From Octopus sinensis (lineage: Eukaryota), in NCBI RefSeq assembly GCF_006345805.1, contig NC_042997.1, positions 184,016,001-184,080,000 on the forward strand: 64,000 bases of DNA. Reading direction: 5' to 3'. The notes beneath the pieces were generated by a model. The model saw only the letters and a program-made list of their open reading frames with translations. It was not told the origin of the DNA and ran no database searches. Both the position numbers and the translations under genes were made by a program. Below are positions 25,549 through 37,950 of the stretch, piece by piece. Positions within the stretch are counted from its first letter, which is position 1. Every line of letters starts with the position of its first letter.

Positions 25549-25723
25549 GCTACACTTAGACAAGAAGGTCTTATTGGTAAAATAAGACTTGACAGAAAAC
25601 AACCCGTGGACAATAACAATACGTCTGATAGAAATCAAGCTGAATCTGAGAGCAATAGAGAAGTAATTGATAGCTGTCAAGTTCAAACAAAGAATACTTT
25701 GCCTGAAAGTTCACACAGAAAAG
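25549..25723 (+). CDS. CCHCR1: CCHCR1-like coding exon
   Basis: ttctctag acceptor and gtaaat donor. Begins ATLRQEGLIGK (CCHCR1 ATLQQEGLL), followed by a low-complexity linker. Phase 0 to phase 1. Confidence 0.85.
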
Positions 25724-25914
25724 GTAAATGGTAGCTTGACTTTCCTTTAGGAGTTCTGATTTTTAAATCAATATATTGTTTCTAAATGTAAAAATTCTAT
25801 ATTAGATGTGTAATTTTACTTTTGGATATGTAATCAAAAAAAAAAAAAAATCTGTCTGTGTTTTTTTTAAATACTGAATTTACTAGTAAATATATTGACA
25901 CTGCAAAGCTTGTT

Positions 25915-27351
25915 CAATATTTGTAGAAGCTAAGGGGTGAGCTTAGCACACTGAGCAAAATGTTTAGCAGTATTTCATTCATCTTTTTGTTCTGGGTTCA
26001 AATTCTGCTGGGGTTGACTTTGCATTTCATCCTTTCGGGGTTGATAAAATAAGTGCCAGTCTAATTGACCTATTCATCATCATCATACGTCTGTTTTACG
26101 TGCTAGCATAGGTTGGAAGGTTTTCGACCGGGGTCTGGGAACTAGGAGGCTGCACCAGGCTCCAGTCTGATCTGGCAGTGTTTCTACAGCTGGATGCCCT
26201 TCCTAACGCCAACCACTCTGTGAGTGTAGTATGTGCTTTTTATGTGCCACCAGCACAGGTGCCAGGGGAGGCTGGCAGCGGCTACGATCGGTTGGTGCTT
26301 TTTACGTGCCACCGGCACAGAAGCCAGTCAAGGCGGCGCTGGCATTGGCCACGTTCGGATGGTGCTTTTTATGTGCCACGGCACAGGTATCACAACTACA
26401 ATTTCCATTTGATATTTATTTTGATGTTGATGTACTTGACTCTATAGGTCTCCTCAAGCACAGCAGGTTACCCTACGATCCAAGGTAAGTACAGCAGGTC
26501 GTTCTGCAATCCAAGGTACTTTGGATGGGCTGGGGCTATGTGAAATGGTGCAGGAAAAAGCCATGAACTTACATTATTTGTCGGGTCTTTGCAGTCGCTG
26601 GTCTTGTGCCAGAACTTGAAGGCAATATTGTAGAAGCTAAGGGGTGAGCTTAGCACACTGAGCAAAATGTTTAGCAGTATTTCATTCATCTTTTTGTTCT
26701 GGGTTCAAATTCTGCTGGGGTTGACTTTGCATTTCATCCTTTCGGGGTTGATAAAATAAGTGCCAGTCTAATTGACCTATTCATCATCATCATCATACGT
26801 CTGTTTTACGTGCTAGCATAGGTTGGAAGGTTTTCGACCGGGGTCTGGGAACTAGGAGGCTGCACCAGGCTCCAGTCTGATCTGGCAGTGTTTCTACAGC
26901 TGGATGCCCTTCCTAACGCCAACCACTCTGTGAGTGTAGTATGTGCTTTTTATGTGCCACCAGCACAGGTGCCAGGGGAGGCTGGCAGCGGCTACGATCG
27001 GTTGGTGCTTTTTACGTGCCACCGGCACAGAAGCCAGTCAAGGCGGCGCTGGCATTGGCCACGTTCGGATGGTGCTTTTTATGTGCCACCGGCACAGGTA
27101 TCACAACTACAATTTCCATTTGATATTTATTTTGATGTTGATGTACTTGACTCTATAGGTCTCCTCAAGCACAGCAGGTTACCCTACGATCCAAGGTAAG
27201 TACAGCAGGTCGTTCTGCAATCCAAGGTACTTTGGATGGGCTGGGGCTATGTGAAACTGGTGCAGGAAAAAGCCATGAACTTACATTATTTGTCGGGTCT
27301 TTGCAGTCGCTGGTCTTGTGCCAGAACTTGAAGGCAATATTTGTAGAAGCT
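25915..27351 (+). repeat. ~710-bp head-to-tail tandem duplication (old SINE-B piece plus RTE 3'UTR)
   Basis: Motif CAATAT(T)TGTAGAAGCT at 25915, 26623 and 27335. The two units differ only by small indels. Confidence 0.95.
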
Positions 27352-27929
27352 TTTCAGAGTTATGATCAAATGTTTAATAACAAAATTCCAATTCACAAAA
27401 TATATCCTGATTCTGTTGTGTGATTCATCGCACTCTGTAATATAATGTTTGGCTTAGGCTAGTGAAATAAGGCAACTGAAGAATTGTGTTCTGTTTATGT
27501 CCTTAAACTATGTTGGTAATTGCAGCTAAGGCATTCATAGTAAGTATACTTGGTATGAGTTAAAGGAGGTTGGTATTTGTTAAAGGAGGTTGGCAGTCCA
27601 TCACAGAATTGCCAAGAGAGGAAGTTGATACTGAAGTCAATATTAAGTGAATGTGTTCATTTGGATTTGCTGGGCAGAAGTAATTTTAAGATAGCTTAGT
27701 TGCTATGTTCAAGTTCATTGATAATGTTTGATAATGTCTATACATATTGTGTGGAGTGAATGTAATATTGCATGCTGTGTGTGTGTGTATAAAGAGGAAC
27801 AAGAGAACAAACACAATGCATGGAGTATGTATATATTTTTTTAATTAGATATTAATGAGAATATAGGAATTATTTAGAGACACAGTGTTTCATGCTGAAG
27901 CATTTCCCTAACTGAGATTTATAAAAATA

Positions 27930-28092
27930 GGCACAGGAGTGGCTGTGTGGTAAGTAGCTTGTTTACCAACCACATGGTTCCGGGTTCAGTCCCACTGTGT
28001 GGCACCTTGGGCAAGTGTCTTCTACTATAGCCTCGGGCCGACCAAAGCCTTGTGAGTGGATTTGGTAGATGGAAACTGAAAGAAGCCTGTCG

Positions 28093-28156
<64 letters not shown>

Positions 28157-28375
28157 GCATGTATGTGTGTGTGTCTGTGTTTGTCCCCCTAGCATTGCTT
28201 GACAACCGACTGGTGTGTTTATGTCCCCGTTACTTAGCGGTTCGGCAAAAGAGACCGATAGAATAAGTACTGGGCTTACAAAAGAATAAGTCCCGGGGTT
28301 GAGTTGCTCGATTAAAGGCAGTGCTCCAGCATGGCCGCAGTTAAATGACTGAAACATGTAAAAGAGTAAAAGAGT
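27930..28375 (+). mobile_element. SINE family A, full length
   Basis: GGCACAGGAGTGGCTGTGTGG head, (TA)n and AAGAGTAAAAGAG tail. Confidence 0.9.
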
Positions 28376-28478
28376 AATATTGTTAAGGAAATAAATATGT
28401 GTGATGTGTGAATGTGGATATTCCTTGCTATGCTTGTCACTGCATGAACAATATGATGATATTTCCTTGTTGATTTTC

Positions 28479-28518
<40 letters not shown>

Positions 28519-29592
28519 GAAAATCAACAATACTGAGGGTAGAAATTGATATCAATTAACTAACATCAATTTAAACCAGTGGTCTAGCATATTCAAAAAA
28601 TCCGAAGATGTAAAAATTATATTACAATTAATAAGGGGAATGGCCACTAAAGTGGAATCCTACAGGGTTATAGTTAAAAAAGCAATGAAAAAAGTGCATC
28701 ATTCAGAAGACAATAAGGTGACCCCCAAGAGAGTGTATGAAGCTAAGTGAATGTTTGACAGGATCAAATATCAAGAAAAATAGAAACAATTAGGAGAATT
28801 AGGTTTGTGTACATGAATGTCAAGCTGCCAAAATGTAAAAGGATCATTCAAGTGTTCAGAAGCACAACAATCTCAATGGTCTCAGCAGAACAAGATGTAA
28901 AGACAGATGAAAACAAAAGGTGGTCAAATTAGGAGGGTTGGTAGTGGCTAGAGGAGTGTTATTATGTTACAAATTAATGGATCATATTATCTAAGCACAA
29001 TAAGCTAGATCAAATATCAGACTATGCTAAGGGTCAGGTCAATGAATTAGAAAGGCTCTGACATTAAAGCAGGTGGGTATAGAACAAGTACTAGAAGTGA
29101 ATAATTATCTAACTCTGGTATGACATATCAGTCTGTGATAAACAGAAAATATTTTCAAAAATGCTGTGACTGCAAAAATGTGATAGCTGACATCTGTCTG
29201 GTAATTCAAAAATTGGTAGGAATTTCCTCTTAAAATCCTGGTAGACACTTCGCTGCTGGGACTGTATGGCGTTCAATCACCTTGATACAACCTTCCTGTT
29301 TAAATAATGTATGTATGTATGTATGTGTGTGTGTAAAAAGAAAGTTACATTCTCATGTTACACTGACTCATAAGGGCTGGTTTCTCGGTTTTATGGCGTA
29401 TATATTCCCCACCTGGGCAGGACACTGTTCTGCCATAGGATTACTCATTTTTGCCAGCTGAGTGGATTGGAGCAATATGAAATGAATTGTTTTGCTCAAG
29501 AACACAACATGTTGCCTAGTCCAGGAATCGACACCTCAATCTTATGATCATGAGTCCAATACCCTAACCATTAAGCTATGTGCCTCCACATA

Positions 29593-29623
<31 letters not shown>

Positions 29624-29930
29624 ACGTCGCCCATTTCAAGCCTAGCCAGGCTCATGGGCCTGATTTTCCAGTTTCTGTGGTGTATGTGTTCCCCCCAGCT
29701 GGACAGGACGTCAGCCCATCACAGCGTTACTCAAGAAACAGGAAGAGAGAGTGAGAGAAAGTTGTGGCGAAAGAGTACAACAGGGGTCGGCACCACCCCC
29801 TGCCAGAGCCTTGTGGAGCTTTTAGGTGTTTTTGCTCAATAAACACATACAACGCCCGGTCTGGAAATTGAAATCGAGATCCTCTGACCACGAGTCCACT
29901 GCCTTAACCACTGGGCCATTGCGCCTCCAT

Positions 29931-29994
<64 letters not shown>

Positions 29995-30208
29995 ATATAT
30001 ATATCTATCTTTCGAAGAGGCACTGAGCAGCTATACGCAAACATACATACACGGCAGTAACTTCCACCTACCGAATTCAATCACAAAAGCTTCGGTCGAC
30101 TTGGGGCTATAGCGGAAGACACCTGCCCAAAGTGCCATGCAGTGGGATTGAACCTGAAACCATGTAGCTAGGAAGCAAGCTCCCTAACCACACAGCCATG
30201 CCTGCGCC

Positions 30209-30252
<44 letters not shown>

Positions 30253-30527
30253 ATATGTATTACCCATGCTAGCACTGTAAAAAGCACCTGTGTCAGTGTC
30301 ATGTAAAAAGCAACCATGCCTTCTGCATCATGTAAACTTGTACTGACACTACGTAAAAAGCACCAAGTATACCCTGTAATGCAGTTGGTGTTAGGAAAGG
30401 CATCCAACCAAAGTAACCATGCCAAAACAGATAACTGGAGTTTCGTGCAGCCCTCTGGCTTGCCAATTCCTGTCAAACAGTCAAACCCATTTCGTTTTTG
30501 GATTTGGTTTGCATGATTCTTTATGTG

Positions 30528-30813
30528 AGTTTGTGTGTTGAAGTATATTCTGTTGTGTCTGGGGTGAGTCATTTTCTTTTTGTGCCTTATAATTTAACAC
30601 ACTCACCGGTAATATTTCCACTTATTTCTATTTTTATTTTTCTAAAATTTTCATTGCATCTTGCAACCTTTTTAAAACTATTGGAAAGGTTGCAAGATGC
30701 AATGAAAATTTTAGAAAAATAAAAAAGAAATAAGTGGAAATTTAACCGGTGAGTGTGTTAAATTATAAAGCACTAAAAGAGAATGACCCTCCCGATACAC
30801 AACACTCAAACCC
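30528..30813. repeat. Long fold-back element (~105-bp core arms, 13-nt loop) inserted in an RTE 3'UTR copy
   Basis: 30567-30671 is the reverse complement of 30685-30788 with few mismatches. Confidence 0.9.
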
Positions 30814-32000
30814 ATGCCAGCATGGAAAATGATGTTGAATGATGATGATATCTGAGACCCCCTTCGGTCACGGCATAGACCATGGGATTGCACCTAGAAA
30901 GTTACCCCCCCATGCACAAGTCCTGGCAAGGTTGTATATGGAAGACCAGCAGTCGCCCATGCATACTGGCCTCCCCTCTCCCCGCCACCAGTGTTATCCA
31001 AGGGAAAAGCAAAGGTCAATACAGCTTGGCACCAGTGAAGTTGCAACTCATTTTTACAGCTGAGTGAACTGGAGCAACGTGAAAATAAAGTGTCTTGCTC
31101 AAGAACACAACACGCAGCCTGGTCCGGGATTCGAGCTCACAACCTCACGATCGTAAGCTCGATGCTCTAACCACTGAGCCATGTATATGACATATATAAT
31201 GATGATCATCCTCATTCTTGTTTTAACATTTACATGCAGTCCTATGACTGGCACTCGGCAGTTGCCAGGACCACTGGACTGACTCCTGTGCAGGTGGCAA
31301 GTGAAGAAACACCATTTCGACCCTGTGCTTGAGGAGATCCATTGAGTCAAGTACACCAACATCAAAATCAATGGAAACTGCAGTTGTGATCCCTGTGCCG
31401 GTGGCATGTAAAAAGCACCATCTGAACGTGGCCAATGCCAGCGCCGACTAGACTGGCTTCTGCGCCAGTGGCACGTAAGAAGCACCCACTACACTCACAG
31501 AGTGGTTGGTGTTAGGAAGGGCATCCAGCTGTAGAAACACTGCCAGATCAGACTGGAGCCTGGTGCAGCCTTCTGGCTTCCCAGACCCCGGTCGAACCGT
31601 CCAACCCATGCTAGCATGGAAAACGGACGTTAAACGATGATGATGCTTCTTGCATAGGACAGACAGAATTTGTTGTGGCACATTTTCTATGGCCAGATGC
31701 TCTTCTTCTTGCCAACTTTCACCTGTTTTCAAGTGAGGTAATAAATTTAGTCTGTCAAGTAATGAACAGCCTTGACATAATTACAAATCTCTTTTATTCA
31801 CAAAGATTGTATAGTATGTCCAGACATGTCAAGAAGCCTAGATGTGCTTTTGCAGTTGACAGCAAGCATTAAGACACTGCCTGCATTGATAAAAAGGCTG
31901 TTGCTTTTGTTTATGGTCAGTGAACATGTAAAAACAAGTAGAAATACTAACTTGCTTACACAAACACACACACACACACACACACAACACACACACACAC

Positions 32001-32037
<37 letters not shown>

Positions 32038-32227
32038 ACGTGTACAACAGGGTTCTTTAGTTTCTGTTTACTAATTTTACTCACTAGGTATTAGTTGATA
32101 CCTGGTTATAGTATAGAACCTTTGGTGATTATGTTCATGCCATGGGATGAAACACCTTACCTTGTGCTTCCAAAGCAAACTTCTTAAACACACAACTGTG
32201 CTTGTACTTAGCCATGAATTTCTATAA

Positions 32228-32645
32228 TTATATTTATGCATGTGTGTAAATGCATACATGTATGCATGCATGTATGTATGCATGCATGCATGCATACATA
32301 CATGCATGCATGCATACATGCATGTATGTATGCATGCATGCATGCATGCATGCATACATACATACATACACACATGCATGCATGCATGCATACATACACA
32401 CATGCATGCATACATATACACATGCATGCATGCATACATACACACATGCATGCATGCATACATATACACACATACATGCATGCATACATATACACATACA
32501 TACATATATACATACACACATACACACACATACACACACATACACACATACATACATACATACATACACACATACATACACACACATACATACACACACA
32601 TACATACATACATACATACATACATACATACATACACACATACAA
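32228..32645. repeat. Graded (CATG)n to (CATA)n/(CA)n microsatellite
   Basis: Directly visible. Confidence 0.95.
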
Positions 32646-33080
32646 CAAAATATGCTGAACTCTTTAGAAATCTGCAGTTACTCTATCCAGATTACAAGTT
32701 CAAGTTTATACCTGCAATTATTGGGACACTGAGATATGTAACACACTGCCTAAATAGCAATCTTGAGAAATTAGGCTTCTCAAAACCAGAAAGGAGAAAG
32801 CTGATTTGAAGACTAGAGATCCAAGCCATCACTGGAACTGTAAAAATCTGTAAAACTTTCAAGAACTTTGTCATTTTAGTATATATGATCATGTCCATAC
32901 ATGCAACTATATGCATAATAATACATACATAAAACAAAATATACAGATCTGCACATAGAAATACATACAAAAATACCCTGTTGATGTTGAAATTCCATTG
33001 AAGGAGCCTTGAATCTATGTTAGAAACTGGCTCTTTCTCTATTGGCAAGAAATCTTGAAATAAAACTGAATAATGACATA
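32643..33080 (+). mobile_element. 3' fragment of an RLE-type non-LTR retrotransposon
   Basis: KYAELFRNLQLLYPDYKFKFIPAIIGTLRY...LEKLGFS is homologous to 6556-6960; the 3'UTR motif GGAGCCTTG.ATCT.TGTT.GAAACTGG is shared. Confidence 0.7.
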
Positions 33081-33084
33081 CATA

Positions 33085-34614
33085 CCATAAATCCTCGAGT
33101 ATAGTCTGCTCTAGAGTATAATATGCAGGGGATTTTTGGGAGGTTGTACCTCTGAAAAACCTAAACCTTGTGTATAATACGCACCCCTTCTCTAACTTGA
33201 GTCAAGGGGGTCTATATAATGTCCTTGGTTTGTAAAAATAAACGTCCTTTATTATTATTGTGTATATAACATAATGCAAACGTGTAGCTTTTTTGTGCAT
33301 TTTGTTTGCAGAAAATAAAGAAATAACAGTAATAACGTTTAATAAATGTTGCTTACAGCAAGTTATGGATGATTCTTCTATGACTTCATTGCTTTCAGGC
33401 TTAGCTTAACCCTTTCATTACCAAACCGCCCAAAGCCGCCCGAAAAAAATTTTGGTTAATGTGACTAAACTGCCCGTATTTACCTATTCATATTTAAATG
33501 AGAATATCAGAGCAAATCTCTTTAGTACATTCGTGAAAACACGTATTATACTTCGTAAACAGTTCAACTACAGTTTTGTACAACAATCGAAGTGTAATTT
33601 TAATTCCGTGAATTTTGGGAGATTTTTTTCCGAAATTTGTTCCTATTGTGTTTTTAAAATTTGTAATTCTGACAAAAAATGGATACAAATTTCATTATAT
33701 CAAGCAGCGAGTCAGAATTCGAAGGATTTTCTACTGAAGACCTTCATAAATCTAACTCTATGACTGAAAAAAAAAAGCACGTGGTATTTGATAATGAATC
33801 TGATGTTTCATTTTCCGAAAGTGAAAACAGTGAATCCGAGAGCTCCGACAGCGATAAAGAAAATGATTTGGCACCTTAATGGAGTGAAAATTTAAAAACT
33901 GTTTCTTTCGGTGATTTTTCTGAAGAAACTGGACCAAGACACAGACTCTCCCAGGAGAGTAAAGCCTTAGACTATTTCTTTTTACTTTTTCGAATGAGCC
34001 TATTTGAAATCATTACAGCGGAAACAATGTAAACAAAGCGAAAGAAAGGATAGTTAGTGGTTTCCCACAACCTTAAATGAAATTAAGACTATTTTGCCAT
34101 AAATTTTATTATGGGTATCAGAAAGTTACCCAGAATAACAAATTCTATCGTAAAATTTTGTTGTATACCCAATTGAATATTAGCTAATAACCCATTTTCT
34201 ATAGCGATTTTTGAACAAAATTTTAATAATTTTATATTTTGTTGAATTTACCTGTATCTACCTGCAATTAGTGTCACTTTGTGACAAAAATTATAGTATA
34301 GAATTGGTTGAGAACATTTCATTAAATTATCTTCCAAAAATCTCATTAATATATTGATAAATAAAAAAGTTATAGTTGTTTAATGAAACCAGACTAAATT
34401 TATGATTATATTAGAAATTAATTGAAACACAGAAATATAGTAACAAAAGGGTTAAGGTATTTTCGCGCCCAACATCACAAAATGTGTCTGAGTAAACATT
34501 GTCGGACATTACTTAGAAAATAATTTTCATTTTTAGTCTCGTATATAGTACGCACTAGGGATTTTGACCTTAAAGTTTTTGAAAAAAATGTGGATTATAC
34601 TTGAGGATTTATGG
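33085..34614 (+). mobile_element. pogo/Tc2-like MITE hosting a piggyBac insertion
   Basis: TA|CCATAAATCCTCGAGTATA ... TATACTTGAGGATTTATGG|TA. Confidence 0.85.
33410..34451 (+). mobile_element. Internally deleted piggyBac element with a degenerate transposase N-terminus
   Basis: TTAA TSDs at 33406-33409 and 34452-34455; CCCTTT/AAAGGG TIRs; acidic N-terminus MDTNFIISSSESEFEGF...; WFPTTLNEIK...FIMGIRKLP motif with stops and frameshifts. Confidence 0.85.
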
Positions 34615-34752
34615 TACATATGTAATTCTGTTCTATATTTAAGAGATGAGGAATTATGCACATTATTTACATTCGATGGATATTTGTTCTCATCTTGTTT
34701 GTTCTTAATACAACGTTTCGGCTGATATACCCTCCTGAAGGTATATCCTGAA

Positions 34753-34798
34753 GACACCTGAAGAAGGCTGAAAGGTATATCAGCCGAAACTTTGTGTT
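34753..34798 (+). ncRNA. Minimal type-I hammerhead ribozyme-like motif within an inverted-repeat element (34660-34846)
   Basis: GACAC-CTGAAGA-a-GGCTGA(8 nt)TCAGCC-GAAA-C-TTT-GTGTT. Stem I is GACAC/GTGTT. The opposite arm retains the GAAACGTTG version. Confidence 0.55.
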
Positions 34799-35249
34799 AA
34801 CAACAAACAAGATGAGGACAAATATCTGTTGAATGTAAGTAATGTAAATAATATCATCATCATCATCGTTTAAAGTCCGTTCTCCATGCTAGCATGGGTT
34901 GGACGGTTCGACCGGGGATCTGGGAAGCCAGAAGGCTGCACCAGGCTCCGGTCTTATCTGGCAATGTTTCTACAGCTGGATGCCCTTCCTAACGCCAACC
35001 ACTCCGTGAGTGTAGTGGGTGCTTTTTACGTGCCACCTGCACTGGTGCCAGGCGAGGCTGGCATCGGCCACGGTCGGATTGGTGCATTTTGCATGTCACC
35101 TGCATGGAAGCCAGTCGAGGCGGCACTGGCTTCGGCCACGATTCGGATGGTGCTTTTTATGTGCCACCGACATGATATGTAATTGTTTTAACATATTATC
35201 TTTTTCGCATATTCTCATTTCATACTTTTATCTTTTCTATCTTTTGCAG

Positions 35250-35341
35250 TTGAATCTCTTCAGGAACTTTTCAATGACATCAACGCTATAGCAAAGTCGG
35301 TATATGAAGAGGATTCCTCTGATGAACTGTCTTCAAACTAA
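35250..35341 (+). CDS. CCHCR1: CCHCR1-like terminal coding exon (stop TAA 35339-35341)
   Basis: cttttgcag acceptor. VESLQELFNDINAIAKSVYEEDSSDELSSN* resembles the CCHCR1 C-terminal helix SLSVLLDDLQDLSEAI. The phase-1 start fits the preceding exon. Confidence 0.8.
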
Positions 35342-37374
35342 ATTTCTTTTATGTATACAAACTGAAAAAGAAACAAAATATCCTTATTTAAACTGAAGAA
35401 ACAATTATGATTTCTTGTTTCTTTGATGGCATCCCCCAATTTTCTAATTAATATTTCTTATAAATTTTGCTAATTAATTCTTTTCCTGAGCTAATTAAAA
35501 TTCTCTCTGTTATGTTAATCCTTTTTGATACCAATCCATCTGAGATTACCCTGGGATCAGTGATACAAACTTCATGTTTAAGGTAATCTAAAAACCTTCC
35601 ATCAAACTTTTATGTTCATTTGTGTCCCAAATGCAGATCAATAACGACAGTCATTTTAAATTTTTAATGTATTGAAGAATTTACTTCTATACATTAAAAG
35701 TTACTTGGAACAAAACTGATGTATTTCAACAGAATTATGGGAGCAAAAGAGTTAAGAAGGAAAATCTACTCAGAAATGTTTGTAAATACATTTGTATTTA
35801 TGTATATGCATTCAAGTGCATTTTTATATGTGTATTTATGAGTGTATGTGTCTGTTTATATATATATATATATATATATATCCGTATGTTTTCATTATCG
35901 TTCATTACGTTCTTGTTCCGCATGGCCATTTGCCAGCTCTGTCTGGCACCTGTGCGGGTGGCACATAAAAAGCACCCACTACACTCACAGAGTGGTTGGC
36001 GTTAGGAAGGGCTTCCAGCCGTAGAAACATGGCCAGATCTGTCTGGGCCTGATGCGGCCTTCCAGCTTCACAGACCCCAGTTGAACCGTCCAACCCATGC
36101 TAGCATGGAAAGCGGACGCTAAATGATGATGATGATGATGATATACATATAGTGGCGTATGTACACCTTTTGGTCAGCTTGTAAGTAAATATATATCTAA
36201 ATTCTGTATTACATTTTTCTTTCTTTCCTCTTTTCCTCTTCCCGCTCCACCTCTCACATTTCTTTGCATTCTCTTTCTTTAATCTCTCTACTTTCCTCTG
36301 TTATCTCCCTTGTATGTTCCCCCTTTCTCTCTTGAGTTCCTTCCCTAATTCTTCAATCCTTTTGCTCCCTACCTCTCTCTGTTTCCCCCATGTAATTGGT
36401 GCTCAGCCAAGCATGATCTTTCTTTCTTGGCCTGACCGCCACTCGCACAACACCTTCTTTTCTTGTCTCCTGACTTTCATCAATGTTTGTTGCCATAAGG
36501 CTTCCACTTCATAAGCAAGCTTAAATTAACTTGTCCTTTTAGTCGAAAGACACCTGTTGTTATTCTTGTTGTTTGTATTTGTAATCGTGTAACATTTTCT
36601 CCATTTTCTCGTGTTTTTTTTTGTCTGAATCGTCGCACATATTTGCTCACTTTCTTCCAAAAATTTAATGCCCTTAGCTTAGATTTTTGGGGCCTCCCAA
36701 TTTTCAACAGTCTCAAGTGTAACAGGCTGAAACTGTAGTGATAATTGGAAGCTTGACTGATGAATAGAAAGCCACGAATGTTCTGTCCTGGTTTTCCTGA
36801 CTGTCTTTGTATTGTCCATCTGTCCATATATTTTCATTGTCATCCATTACATTCTTGTTCCATTTTTTGGATTATATTTATATGTATATGTAAATCTCTC
36901 TAATTTTAATCTTGACATTGTCTTAATACCGTACATGTTCACAGAGGGAAATATATCCTGAGCCCATTTCATTTAAATCCATCTTGAATGCAGATATCTT
37001 TATGGAACTGCATAAGAAATTCTGCCTTTTCTAGAATCAATTAGGATGTTAGATCAAAATATGCAGGGCATACCCCCACTTACTCCTCTCCCCTATGCAT
37101 TTTCACTTATGTACATGTTTGTATATACCTTCTATTTTTAAATAAAATACTTTAAATCTTTCTAAAAAAAGGGCCAGTTACTAATTAAATGATGAAATTT
37201 GTCATTAAAATTTAGATAAAAACCAAGTGTAACGAGTGACTTACTGGACTTTAGAAATATCACTGTCATGTTTGCCTTCATTTGTCAAAATTTGTCATAA
37301 ATTTTTTGCTTCTTTTCATTTTGAGTTGATAGACCTAATTTTTTAAAGCTTACTTTCAAAATACTCAGTAACCA

Positions 37375-37790
37375 TAGGCACAGGAGTGGCTGTGTGGTAA
37401 GTAGCTTGCTAACCAACCACATGGTTCCGGGTTCAGTCCCACTGCGTGGCACCTTGGGCAAGTGTCTTCTGCTATAGCCTCGGGCCGACCAATGCATTGT
37501 GAGTGGATTTGGTAGACAGAAACTGAAAGAAGCCTGTCGTATATATGTATATATATATATATATTTATGTATGTGTGTGTATGTGTTTGTGTGTTTGTTC
37601 CCCTAGCATTGCTTGACAACCGATGCTGGTGTGTTTACGTCCCCGTAACTTAGCGGTTCGGCAAAAGAGACCGATAGAATAAGTACTGGGCTTACAAAGA
37701 ATAAGTCCCGGGGTCGATTTGGTCGACTAAAGGTGGTGCTCCAGCATGGCCGCAGTCAAATGACTGAAACAAGTAAAAGAGTAAGAGAGT
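37375..37790 (+). mobile_element. SINE family A, full length
   Basis: Near-identical to 27930-28375, 55887-56296 and 62195-62685. Confidence 0.9.
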
Positions 37791-37950
37791 AACCTAACCA
37801 ATTGCGTCCCATTCATTATGGCTGTGTAGTTAAGAAGCTTGCTTTGCAACCAAATACTTCTGGGATCAGTCCCACACCATAGCATTTTGGGAAAGTGTCT
37901 TTTACTACAACCCTGGGTTGACCAGTATCTTGTGAGTGAATTTGGTAGAT

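Noticed and set aside
27526-27539. 14-nt AG...GTAAGT micro-exon candidate in the last intron
   Set aside because: Inclusion would shift the frame of the terminal exon, and nothing else supports it.
28560-29140. Purine-rich segment that might be a decayed LINE
   Set aside because: I could not recover a recognisable motif.
36750-36800. CTGATGA...CGAA, a third hammerhead candidate
   Set aside because: It lacks GAAA and has no convincing stem I or stem II pairing.
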